Notes under the pieces: model-generated
What the model saw: only the letters and a program-made list of their open reading frames with translations
What the model was told of the DNA's origin: nothing
Database searches by the model: none
Shown: piece by piece, positions 27,449 to 57,982 of the stretch
Numbering within the stretch: position 1 is the first letter of the stretch
Layout of the letters: each line of letters opens with the position of its first letter
Assembly (NCBI GenBank): GCA_964057225.1
Contig: OZ059898.1
Span: forward strand, 8,432,001-8,496,000
DNA: 64,000 bases
DNA from: Auanema rhodensis
Taxonomy: Eukaryota; Animalia; Nematoda
Direction of reading: 5' to 3'
Translations under genes and position numbers: made by a program

Positions 27449-30400
27449 CCCTGCATATATGATTTTCCGGATATAAAAATACAATTTACATACTACTGTG
27501 CCTAATAAGCAGATGATCAACTAATGTTTACACAAATAATTTTTTTTAAAGTTAACATACCTGAAATCGAAAGAATATTCATCGGACGACTATTTTCAAT
27601 TTGGTGTACTCGAATATGAGCAGATAGCGGCTTAACTTCAAAAATACGAACCTGTAAACGAATCATTTAGTTTTTTAATCTCTTTTCCTATTTGATTTGT
27701 GTTTATATTTTATACTTTGTTTACAATATTTTTAAAAAATTTAATTGATTTTTACTTAATTTAATATTTTGATTAGTCAGAGGTGATCAGTGTTTAATCT
27801 TAAGAATTTGTTGACGTCACGAAAACTGACGTCAAAAAGATGCTGACACAGAAGTTGACAAAGTTGATTTTCAGGAAAAAGGTCAGATGGCTCGCTATAT
27901 CCGTTCGTCATGTTGAAGCAACTTCCGATAGTAGACTACACATCTGAATCATGGACTATTCGCATCAAATTTCGGTTGTATCTTCAGATCGCAAGACAAC
28001 ACCAGAATCTATAAAGATTAACGACATCTTTAACTTCTTTAAAATGTGGATGTAGTGACGTTGAAACAGAAGCTGAAAGTTTTGTTGTAGGCTAGCAGGA
28101 AGTATGAGCCTTTGTTGCTTAACATCATGGCGTCTCACGTAACGTGTGAGAGTCAGATACGAATACCAGAGAAAAATTCTGGAAGCACTTCGTTGACGAC
28201 AGAAACGAGAACCACGAATTCTGCCACAAAGGGAGGCTGGTCCTAAGCCCTGCCCCCTTTTGGCAAGCTCAAACCATTTCTATACAGCTTTTGACAGCCA
28301 GTCAGGTGGTTGAATCAAAGCTACAGCAGCTGCAATATCTATCAGCAACTTTTGTAAAGTTTGATTCTATTCGAGGCTCTTGTATCACCAGAGTCATCAT
28401 CATCAAGTATATTACGTCGATTTACTGTATTCTAGCTTCAAGATGCCTGCCGTCAAGCGATTGTTCAGCCTTATACTCGTTATCATTTTCATTATCTCAG
28501 TAACAGCATCGCCATTCTATGTATCGAGAACCTTCTATCCCACTCAGGTATACACTTATTTTTCCTCAAAAATAGAATTGGTTAAAAGAATATCCATAAC
28601 TGAACTAATGTTCTAAGTGTTTTTTAAATAAATTCTAATTTTTTCGATTTCTTTAATTTAGTTTTTTATATTATTTAACGAATAACAATTTTTTAAATTG
28701 CATTTTGAAACAGAGAAAATGAAGAGAGAGATAGTAGACGTGAAGAAACAAAAAAGGAAGAGAGAGGAACAGAGATTGAGGCAAAGAGAGATTGAGAGAT
28801 GGGAACTGAAAATAATTTAAATCCAAAGGTATACAAAGAAAGAAAAGTTCATTAAGCGTTCACATTTTTAGTCAAAGAAGAGTATTATAGGAAAGCCAAT
28901 TAGAGATGAATTATATAAATTAACTTGAGATTATTTTGTACTTAATTTGCACGTTTTTCATCTAATTTTCAAAATATATATAGTAAATGAACAATAGCAG
29001 AAGATATACAATTAAAGCTTTATTATTAACTATATAACTATTTATAAATATATATAAATAATATTATATATCTTATATAGTAGGTAGAAATAAGTATGAT
29101 AACTCCTTAATAATACTTAAATTTGTATTATAAAGTTATTACATTATTTTATTAAATATTTGACACTCCATGGCTATTGATATAATTAATTTTTATTTTA
29201 CTTTATTCATATTTTAATTTTTTTTTATAAACTGTAGAGTTATTGTGCGAGAAATTCTTAAATTCAATGAAAATTTAAAACATTTTCCTTATAAACCATT
29301 ACGAATAATCTTTTTCTTTAGTGGCATGGAGACAGTTTGTCTAAGAGAGCCTTAGATAAATGCGGATGCAACCTGGGATGCTTCTTCTCGTCAGCTCGTG
29401 AATGCATGAGTTGCTGTGCTTTGGCTCTACGTTGATGAATCAACTGTTCTCGTTTAATCGTCGTTTCGAATACCACAAACTAACTAAGTTACTTCTTTTT
29501 CTTTTTATATGTATACAACTGATAGATAGAAAAAGAATAAGAGAGAGAGAGTAAAAGAAAAAAGAAGAGAGAGAGAGAGAAAAAGAGAATCATTAGTCAA
29601 ATTAGATCTGGACTATATTACCTTCATGTGTTTTTAAAATATGTTTATTTACTTGATTGTATTTTATAATAATGTAAAAATATTATATTTTATAGTTAAA
29701 TATTCGTTCTGAATATCTAACTATAGAGCTTGAAAAAGGGGGGAAGATAAGAAGAGAGGAAGTGAATTGAAGGGTTATGATGAGAGCACCTATATGAGCA
29801 AATTATTTGTATAACATCTGTATGATATATGGTATGTTCGATGATGATATTAATGTTATTATATGATTAAGTAAATGAATATATCTATATCATATTGCTT
29901 TATTTTGTTGTTTATTTATTTATTTTTTGAATGTATAACTGTTTTTATCTTCTTAAATTTTGAAATAAAGAATATGAAACATACTTGGGCTGCCTTCGGA
30001 TGGATATTTGGACAGACGTAGACAACAATCTTGCCGAACATACCCTCTTCTACCTTCACTCGTAACTCTATTCGTGATGTCTTTGCCTGACATCTATAGG
30101 ATGCGAGCAATGGCCATGGATTCTGAATAATGCTTCAGGTACTATTATCAAGCTTGGATACGTGCTTACATGTTCTGATTGTGGCAGCTTACACACTACG
30201 GATGCGTTCTTTTCGACTTCAATCAGTTTTACTTTCAATGAACTCTGTAAATAATATTTTCGAATTATGTATAACCAAGCTTCTATTAAAGTTTGTATGA
30301 AATTTCAACTGACTTGTACGACTATGTAATCAATAGGCAAAACAAGTTCAATAGTCAAGGAATACGCTCCATATACTGCATTGAACTCAAACGAGTCATG

Positions 30401-32596
30401 AATCTAAATAATATTTCATTAGTAACCTTAATCATATATCGCAAAACTTGAAATGCAGGAAAGTAAGCACTTGCACCATCTTTCTGTGTTATTTCCGAGT
30501 ATTTTGCTCGTTCTTCCATAACCTTTATCTCCAAATCCTGTACTTCCGATCTGCAATATGCAACTATTCAATTTTTGTATTTTAATTATTAATGCTGTTG
30601 TATATTCATCATTGAAAAAAAGCGAAGAACAACAAAAAAGTCAACAAACCGTAGTTGATCCACCTTCACTTTCACATTAATAGCTGTTGGCATTGTAATT
30701 TTATCATTTGTTATACGTGTAGTGCTCAAAGAGAATAGCCAACCTATTATATAATAAAGTTTAATTTTAACTATATATATATATATATATTTCTTTATTT
30801 TGCAATATTATATATATGTATATATATACATATATTTAGACATACGCTTATCACTGTTGTCATATTGTTCTACAGATTTATACATCAGCAAAACAAAATC
30901 ATTTTTTCTTTACGAAATACTTGCTTGAACACGAATTTCGTGCGATTTTAGGAATCTGTCAGATATTTTTCTTCAATTATATTTTTGCCGATTTCGTTCT
31001 GTTTACTTTGTAGGCAACAAAAAAAATTCTGTTGGAGTTGAGATTTGAGATTGACTTCCTCAAATATTTTTTTGATATTAGCATGGCAATCAAAGGATAA
31101 ACGAAAAAAAATTATTTTGATTGTTATGAAAATGATATAAGAAAATGGAGAATGTGATTGTATAATACCTGTGTAAGTACAGACAATGATTTCATCACGA
31201 GTTTCATCACTCACACGTCCACACATTAGAGAAGTTATTGTTTCTTCTGAATTCTATAAATATAATTATTTATATATATAAATAAATAAATATTGATTTT
31301 TACATAGACACTACATAGAGTTACAGAATCTTCTTCATCAATCTTATATACTTCAACAACACCATCTTCTTTACCAATAATCAAATCACGCCGTTCTGGT
31401 GATAAAAATGGATAAAATGATGCTGCTGTTAAACCTTAAAATATTAAAAATTTCATTAAAAATAAAGATTAAGTTGTTATAATACATGATGATGTAGTTG
31501 TAGCTATTTGCCAAACAATTGTTCCATTTTCTGATGGCAGATCAACTAATCCAATATTTCCACCACGAGTTCCATACAAGACGCGTTGATTAGAGAAACC
31601 TGTAAATCAGATGATCCATATAAAATATACAATGATCAGCAGATAAAACCTCCATCTTCCATGAAAAGATGTAAAATCATGGGAATATCTGTTAATTGAA
31701 CTTCATAAGCTAACGTAGAACCTTCCAAAACCTGAATATAAATTTGAGATATACTTAATTATTATTATTTAAATAATACTTTTAAAGTAGAATCTCGACA
31801 AGCTAACACGGATGTAAATGAACGATCAGCCCATGCACCACCTGATTTATCAATTAAGCATACAACATCATTAATTTCTTCAGATGATAGGTAATACTAA
31901 AAATAAATAAAAAAGATTATTTATTATAATTATTTGTATATTTATATTTATGTATATAATATAAATTAAAATAAATATTTTTACTCACATTTGTATCTGC
32001 ACAATCATGGTAATGATTGAAGCTTTTAACTCCTGTTAATACAAGATCAACACCATAAATAAACCTTAATATAAATAATAATTAAATATGTATTAATTAA
32101 AAGAAAACTAACATGCTTTTAATGGTTTCTGCCATGTTTGTTTCAAAATTGAAAAACTGCTTCCCTTTCTTGCCCAATCCTCTAACGCTATTATCGGATG
32201 CAACAAATACCTTACAAGTTATATAATATTAATTAATAAAATAATAATTAAAAATAAAATTACATACCTTATTAGCTAATGTTCCAATTGATCCACCTAA
32301 ACATATACTGGTAATAGGTGGGCCAGGATTTGTTTTATAAACTATATGAGTATCATTTTGTTTTCGAATAACAGATATTACGCAACCATTTTGACCTCCA
32401 ACAACAACCTTTAAATTAAGAATATATATATATATATATATATGAAATATAATAAAATAATATAAAAACAAAATACCCGATCCGTTGATTTACCACGTTG
32501 ATTGATTGGAGCAGATGGTACAACACACATACATGATCTATTGGTTGTGCCTATTTGAGCAAAATCTGTTCGAAATAATTCCACCAAATTTGGCAT
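25820..32596 (-). CDS. osm-12: Bardet-Biedl syndrome 7 protein (BBS7), BBSome subunit; multi-exon
   Basis: MPNLVELFRTDFAQIGTTNRSCM...VVVGGQNG...DEIIVCTYTGWLF...LASYRCQAKTSRIELRVKVEEG...VRIFEVKPLSAHIRVH...GNFTMAEAHAWL...FHSDSMSTIAIIRD...LLLDRARLNGRN...NYSLDNCINFFK; upstream X-box. Confidence 0.93.
27383..27443. repeat. (TA)n microsatellite in a BBS7 intron
   Basis: About 30 perfect TA units, preceded by TATATAG units. Confidence 0.95.
27812..27834. promoter_or_regulatory. Tandem full CRE palindromes (TGACGTCA x2)
   Basis: TGACGTCA at 27812-27819 and 27827-27834, about 610-630 bp upstream of the nested peptide gene ATG. Confidence 0.55.
28443..29435 (+). CDS. Nested 72-aa secreted prepropeptide releasing a 6-Cys peptide (neuropeptide- or defence-peptide-like)
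   Basis: Exon 1 28443-28547 (MPAVKRLFSLILVIIFIISVTASPFYVSRTFYPTQ, donor CAG|GTATAC) and exon 2 29322-29435 (acceptor TTTTTCTTTAG; WHGDSLSKRALDKCGCNLGCFFSSARECMSCCALALR*), phase 0. Both exons are GC-richer islands within AT-rich intron DNA. Confidence 0.85.
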
Positions 32597-32753
32597 TCTT
32601 TACTGAAAATTAAAATTAAAAACTTAATAATATCATTTTTTGATAATATTTACAAGTAATTAAATATTTCCTTTTGTTAAACACAAATATTTGAATACAG
32701 AAAAGCAGTATTTGGGTTATAAGTTGAATGCACAAGAAATGCTATTTAGCGTT

Positions 32754-32767
32754 GTAGCCATGACAAC
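32754..32767. promoter_or_regulatory. X-box (RFX/DAF-19 site) upstream of BBS7
   Basis: GTAGCC-AT-GACAAC matches the GTHNYY-AT-RRNAAC consensus, 158 bp upstream of the BBS7 ATG. bbs genes are established DAF-19 targets. Confidence 0.85.
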
Positions 32768-33538
32768 CGGAGGTTACTATAGTGTATAAACCAATGTGTA
32801 GTTATGTCGTAGCTGTCATTTCAAACATACTTCTTCCATAAAAGTCATTTCAAAAAAGTTTCATTTGTTCTGATTGGCATGAGTATTTAGTATATCAATA
32901 CTTCATCTTTATGTCATATTTTGCATATCATATGAAATAACAAAATCAGACAGATTTGTAAAAAAAATTGAGGTGAACTACCAAATAAAACTATTTTTAC
33001 TCCGCCTCTTCAATAGACAACTTCTTCTTTGTCTTTTTTTAAGTTAAAAAATGAACATTTTTCCTGTTTTTTTTTTAGAAAAAGTTCTTTTGAACTGAGC
33101 AATTCGATTTTCTCTAAATGTTGGTCCTTGCCCATCCTCTTTACTTGAACTTCTCTCCCACCCTTCTTTTACCTCTCCTTAAACTTAGTCTCCTTCTTCC
33201 TTTTTCTTTTTCTCTTCTTAACTTCCCTCATTTCACAAGCCTACCCTCTTATCCTATTTCCATTTCAGTTTTTTTTATTGAAGTAAAAATGAAAACAGCT
33301 TATAGACTGAAAGTAAAGAAAGTAATAGCTAGCTATTAAAGCCTAAGACAAATGATTTATGTTTCCATTCCATGAGATGAAACGAGTCTTCACAGAAGTC
33401 AAGACGGCGAGATGCTGCGGTCGTTGTCCACTCAACATTCATATATAATATTTTTGCTTCACCTTTATCATCAGAATCAAGTAATAACACATATGTATAT
33501 AGTTAAACAACATATGTCTTTTGATTTGAATAGTGTTC

Positions 33539-33543
<5 letters not shown>

Positions 33544-33585
<42 letters not shown>
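33544..33585. repeat. (CT)n microsatellite
   Basis: About 20 CT units seen directly. Confidence 0.9.
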
Positions 33586-33588
<3 letters not shown>

Positions 33589-36305
33589 TTCTTTCTTCTA
33601 AAAATTCTATAAAGTCATTTATCATGCTGTAATTCATTAAAAAAACTTTTCCTTTGCATTTCGTCTTTTTTTGGAACTAAAAGAAGAAAAATGAGCAGCT
33701 GACGAAAAGATATCCATTTTGCATAATTTCAAGTTGAAATTAAGAAAAACGTTTTTTTTAGTATTTGCAAGTCAACCAACACGTAACTAACATGTAGGAA
33801 ACTATCATTTTACTTTCAAACACTTCATTTCAATTTAATCTTTTCTTTTCTAAGTTACATGTATTCTTTTAACCTTTTTAACTTCAATTCCCTTGTTTCT
33901 TTCTTTCATTCTTTCTTCATTCTCCCATTAGATTTCATTTATTCTTTCAAATAGCATTCTGCAGCAGATCTCCCATGCATGCTTCCTTACTTTATTCTTC
34001 CTCTTATCCACCCTCTAGTTTAGATCTCTTCCCATATTTCTCTTCCTTACTCCTGAATATTTCAAATCATATTTCCTTTTACCTTTTTTTAGATAATACT
34101 CAGAATGATAGTCGATATACGTGTATATTTATAAGAATTATAATATAAAATAATAATTTACAATTAAAAAAATTATTATTTTTCATTTATACAAACATAA
34201 TACAATAGAATTTTATATTTTATTTATATAATAATAGATAATAAAAAATATAAAAAGAAATGATTATTTTTAAAAAAAAGTCTTCGACAATAGAAGTTTT
34301 AAGATGAAAAAACTCAGAAATTTGAAAAATAACAGAAAGGCAAGTAATACAGAAAGATTAAGATGAACATTGAAAAAACTAAATGTATGAAATAGTTTGG
34401 AAATTGAGAAGATATAAGATATATAAAGAATGAAAAAAGAAAAGAAAGAAAGAACGAACGAACGAACGAACGAACGAAAAAGGAAAAGAGATCGAATAAA
34501 GTAAGCTTTTTGCCTTTCAATAGAACAGCATTTTTTTTTCTTGTTGAACCCATCATGTTAGTTCTACATATACATATAAGTATATAATAGATTTCTTGAC
34601 TATGTATATTCATATATACACATAGTATATATACATATAGATATACATATATAGATAGTATATTTATTTTTTTTTAAATATATTCATATACTATATATTG
34701 ATTAATATTATATAATTAATATAATTAATGAATCATTTTATATAATAACTATATGTATTATACTATTTAACTTAAGTTAATTCTTATTAATAAACAAATA
34801 TTCTTCTTATTTATCAATATGCTTCTTAGATGGATACAACACCAGTCTCAGCATATTATATACATACATATATCATATATAGATGTTACGTTCTCAATAT
34901 GTAAGTACGAAATTTGAATGAAATTCCATTACAATCCGTCGGATGAACGAAGCTTCAAAGCAACTACGTCATTCAGCCCATGTTACTTGGCTGCTGCTTT
35001 TGCTACTTCAAGGAAAAGCATCACGATCTGCAGTACGACACAAACTTATTAGATGATTGTGGATTAAGATCTATTATAACGTCGAAGAGCAAAAAAAAAT
35101 TTTTTTTTCTCCTTCTTCCATGCTTCATCTTCATCAAAATCCACAATCCATTGTATTCCTTCACTTCGTTTATCTCATTGTCATCACCTCTTTTCCAGAC
35201 TGGCTACTTCATTCTTTTCTTCTACTTCTTCAGCTACTCCTTTTTCTTCTCATCATACTGCACCACCTCCTCAGTTTCCTAATCATTCTTGCTTAATTTC
35301 AATTTCACTTGCAGTTTCTGTTTCAGCTTCGATTTCTCTGAAACGAATATAAAGAGATGAAGTAGGCCTTCTTTCCTATTATTATTTAAATATATATAAA
35401 TGGTATAACATCTGTTTATTATATATAATATAAACAACAAAATAAATCTAAAAAAAGGTAATTCATATGTACATATGTATGTATATCTACGTATGTATCT
35501 ACGTATGTATGTATGTTACTCACATTTTTTTGTTAAAAACACATACAAACATACTAAGTGTGATTTAAATATTTCACTTGCATTTCTGTTTATTTTAATT
35601 TTAAGAATTATTGACAGCTTTACTGGTTGCATTTCATAAATTTTGTGTTCCTTAGTTTCGGTTGAAGACCAACTTTTTCTAAATCAGCATTTTTTGTTAG
35701 CTTTTTAAACAAATTTTCAGCATTTTTCATTAATTCTTAAAAGAAATATTCAATATTTCATATTAAATCTGAATGATATATTATTATTATTAATTGAAAA
35801 TTACTTTAAAGAATTATAAACGATTCACTATACAGTTATATTATTATTATTATTATTGTATTTTAATATAAATTATATACTATATTTGAATATATTTTAA
35901 AATATTTATTATTTAAAGCTTTTGTGTATATGTGTGTGCCTTTTCACTATCTTTAACTATATTTTAACGTGACAAGGATGTATTTCTAAACAACCTCATG
36001 AAGACCTTAATGAGGTAAATGAGCATATTCGGCTCTTTAATTGACGTCCATGCCATGGTCCTGTTGAGCTCTGCGGCTCTCTATAGCTGCACACAGAAAT
36101 CGAGCATACAGCTTTTTCAAAAGTGAACTTGAGCGTTTTCCGGTCTTTTTTTGTGCCCATTGAATTATCATGATTTTTTCCCTTTCCTTAGTATTGCAAA
36201 AAGGTAAAGCTGATTTCTAAAAGTTCTCAATGCAAAAGAAATTCTGACGTCGATGTAGAGAAATGTTGATATCCGGTATAACCTCTTCTAGAACTTTCTA
36301 AGTCG

Positions 36306-36308
<3 letters not shown>

Positions 36309-36353
<45 letters not shown>

Positions 36354-36607
36354 CTCTCTCTTCAATCTTTCACATATATTCTCTCATTAGTACACTTATA
36401 TCCATATTTCACTTGATAATGGATGTTAAAGGTGTCCTTCATCTCATCCAATACTAAATATTTCCGATGGTTAACATCTCATTCACATCAAATTTTTATA
36501 AAATATCTTCAAAAGATTTTTTTTATTATATTTCTAAAAACATTGTCATTTTGTGTCCCAGGAGAAATCTTTCTTCTGTACTTATTGATATCGAAAATGA
36601 GACTTTG

Positions 36608-36671
<64 letters not shown>
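36309..36671. repeat. (CT)n at 36309-36346 and (GA)n at 36621-36671 microsatellites
   Basis: Seen directly; complementary tracts about 275 bp apart. Confidence 0.9.
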
Positions 36672-36676
<5 letters not shown>

Positions 36677-37328
36677 AAAAAAAAGCGAAAGAGAAAAGAA
36701 GAAAATTTTCGGGTAAAATTTTAGTTAAAAAGTACTAGAGACGAACATGTGATATTGACTTGTTTTGTCTGTTTTTTAAAAGCTTAAAGCATAATGTTTT
36801 TCTATTTTAGCTTAGAAAACTGCCAGTTAAAACTCACAGTCAACTTGTCCATCTATATTATTTTAGATTTTAGTTCATGTGAGCTTTATTTTACTATAAT
36901 ACTGATGAAGAAAATCATGGTTTCTAATATTAAATATTTGAAATAAAAAGATTTTTTTCTCTGAAAAACAAGTATAATACTATTACTTCAATGTAAAATT
37001 TATCATAATTATGTCTTCTTTACTATTGATTAGTTCACACATAGATTAGATGAATGTATGCATTTCTAACTGCCACAATCTGATTTCATATTCTTTTCAT
37101 TCATAAATCTCATAAGTTTTCAAGTTGAAATAGAGAAAAAAAGAATTTAAAACTAGAAAGGAACCTTTTTTTTGTAAAAAAACTTTTTTCTCTATATATC
37201 TTTGGATTTATTGATGTTATACTCACACTTGTAGCATACTTCTTCACTTAAGTGCTCACAATCATTTAACGATAGAAAGATGAATGAAACAAAAATAAAA
37301 GAAGAGTTAGAGAGAGACAGATCTTTAC

Positions 37329-37332
<4 letters not shown>

Positions 37333-37410
<78 letters not shown>
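37333..37410. repeat. Two (GA)n tracts, each preceded by AGATCTTTACA (local duplication)
   Basis: agatctttacaaaa(ga)n followed by agatctttaca(ga)n. Confidence 0.85.
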
Positions 37411-37412
<2 letters not shown>

Positions 37413-38625
37413 TTAACCATAAACTATTCGTTTGATTTAAAGTAAAAACTATTTTTTGTGTTTTTTCTTTATCCATTTGTAACTGATCTAATTACAGAAA
37501 CAAGTATGAAAGAGATATACATAGATGTTTTCAATCATCACCTCATGTTTGAAGAAAATGGAGACGAAGAAAGAGACATCTATCCTCCTTTCATCATTCA
37601 AATATTTTTTTTCCTTATTTTTCAATTTACTATACAAGAGGATATATATACATATAATAGAAAGAAGACATATATTTTAAATATTCTGTCATTCAAAAGG
37701 TTTTAAAAAACTTATTTCTGGCGTCCATCATAGTATTTCTCTCTTTTCCAACATTGTCTTTTTCTTTTTCTTTCTTTTTTCATTGATACCTTAAAATGAC
37801 TTGATCTCTTCACACAGAACAGCCATTTGACTTTTAAATAATTTTTCTTCAGATTTTACTTCCAAAGTTTTAAGTTTTCATGTCTTAGTACGCCTAAGGC
37901 ATTTTTCTCTTTTTCTCCTTCTTAACTATACTTTTCTACTTTTTCACCTCTCTATCTACCTCTTCAACTTATATACTCTTTTCAAATTTTCTTTATATAT
38001 GTGTTCATTCTCACTCTCCTATCCTATCTTTCATGGCTTTTACTGGTATTGCTCACGCTTGAATTAACTCTATTCTTTTGTGGTCAAACATCTCAAGGGT
38101 TACGTCAAGAAAAGTTAGTTTATTTTCTTATGATTTATTCCATTTATATAGTAAATTCTACTATATACTACTCATAAATATAATTTTACTTAATGTTTAT
38201 TATATAATAATTTCTTCTTCTTTTTCTTCTACTTCTTCTTCTTCTTTCTATACACTGTGTTCTTCAAAAATAACAATTTTCATTATGTCTTTTTCTCTCA
38301 TTTTCACTTTCTCTTCAGCTGCTTCTTGAATAAACATATACAAGCTTTTTACTACCTTCTGTCCATAATTTCACAGCTGAAGTTTTATGAAACATATGTT
38401 TTTTTATTTTTTCGTTTTTTTAACTTTTTAAGTCTGAACTTTGTTTCTGCTTATTTGAAAAAAAACAAAATATAAGAATATTCGTATATTTTATATTATA
38501 ATACAATCAAATTTTTTTTATAAAATTTCTTTTTTTTCTATTATTATCTCTATTTTTTTTAATTTATATAATTTTATTTGAAGTTATTCTTTTATTATTT
38601 AGAAACATTTTGAAGTATGTGACCG

Positions 38626-57553
<18,928 letters not shown>

Positions 57554-57937
57554 TATATATCTACATTTACATTCAACAATAACAACAACAACAACAACAA
57601 AAATATTTAATCTATGGGTATTGAAAATGATTTTGATTATTTCAAATTCATTTTTCATTTTCAAAAAAAATAATCATTTTTACTTTCTGTCATACGTGTA
57701 TAGAATTCTAATATTCTTAATAAAACATTTTTTTCTAAACGTTTATTTAAGAAAGCGAATGAGATATATCTTCAAATACTTGATCGACCATCATTTCGAT
57801 AAAAACTCTTAAAGAATATAGTATTCTTTGCTGTTGGTTGTTGAATTGCAATGACTGTGAGAACTGGGAGAAGTAGCATAGTAACCAATTTCCAATAATT
57901 TTTGTTTCAAAAAGAATATTTAATTGCTCTTTCTCTC

Positions 57938-57942
<5 letters not shown>

Positions 57943-57979
<37 letters not shown>
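57943..57979. repeat. (CT)n microsatellite
   Basis: Seen directly. Confidence 0.9.

Positions 57980-57982
<3 letters not shown>

Noticed and set aside
34830-34906. Exon-like block (ATG...AATAT|GTAAGT) as a further coding exon of NALCN
   Set aside because: Joining the phase-0 reading through 38603-38653 to 49027 is out of frame with the channel and stops early; at most a UTR exon.
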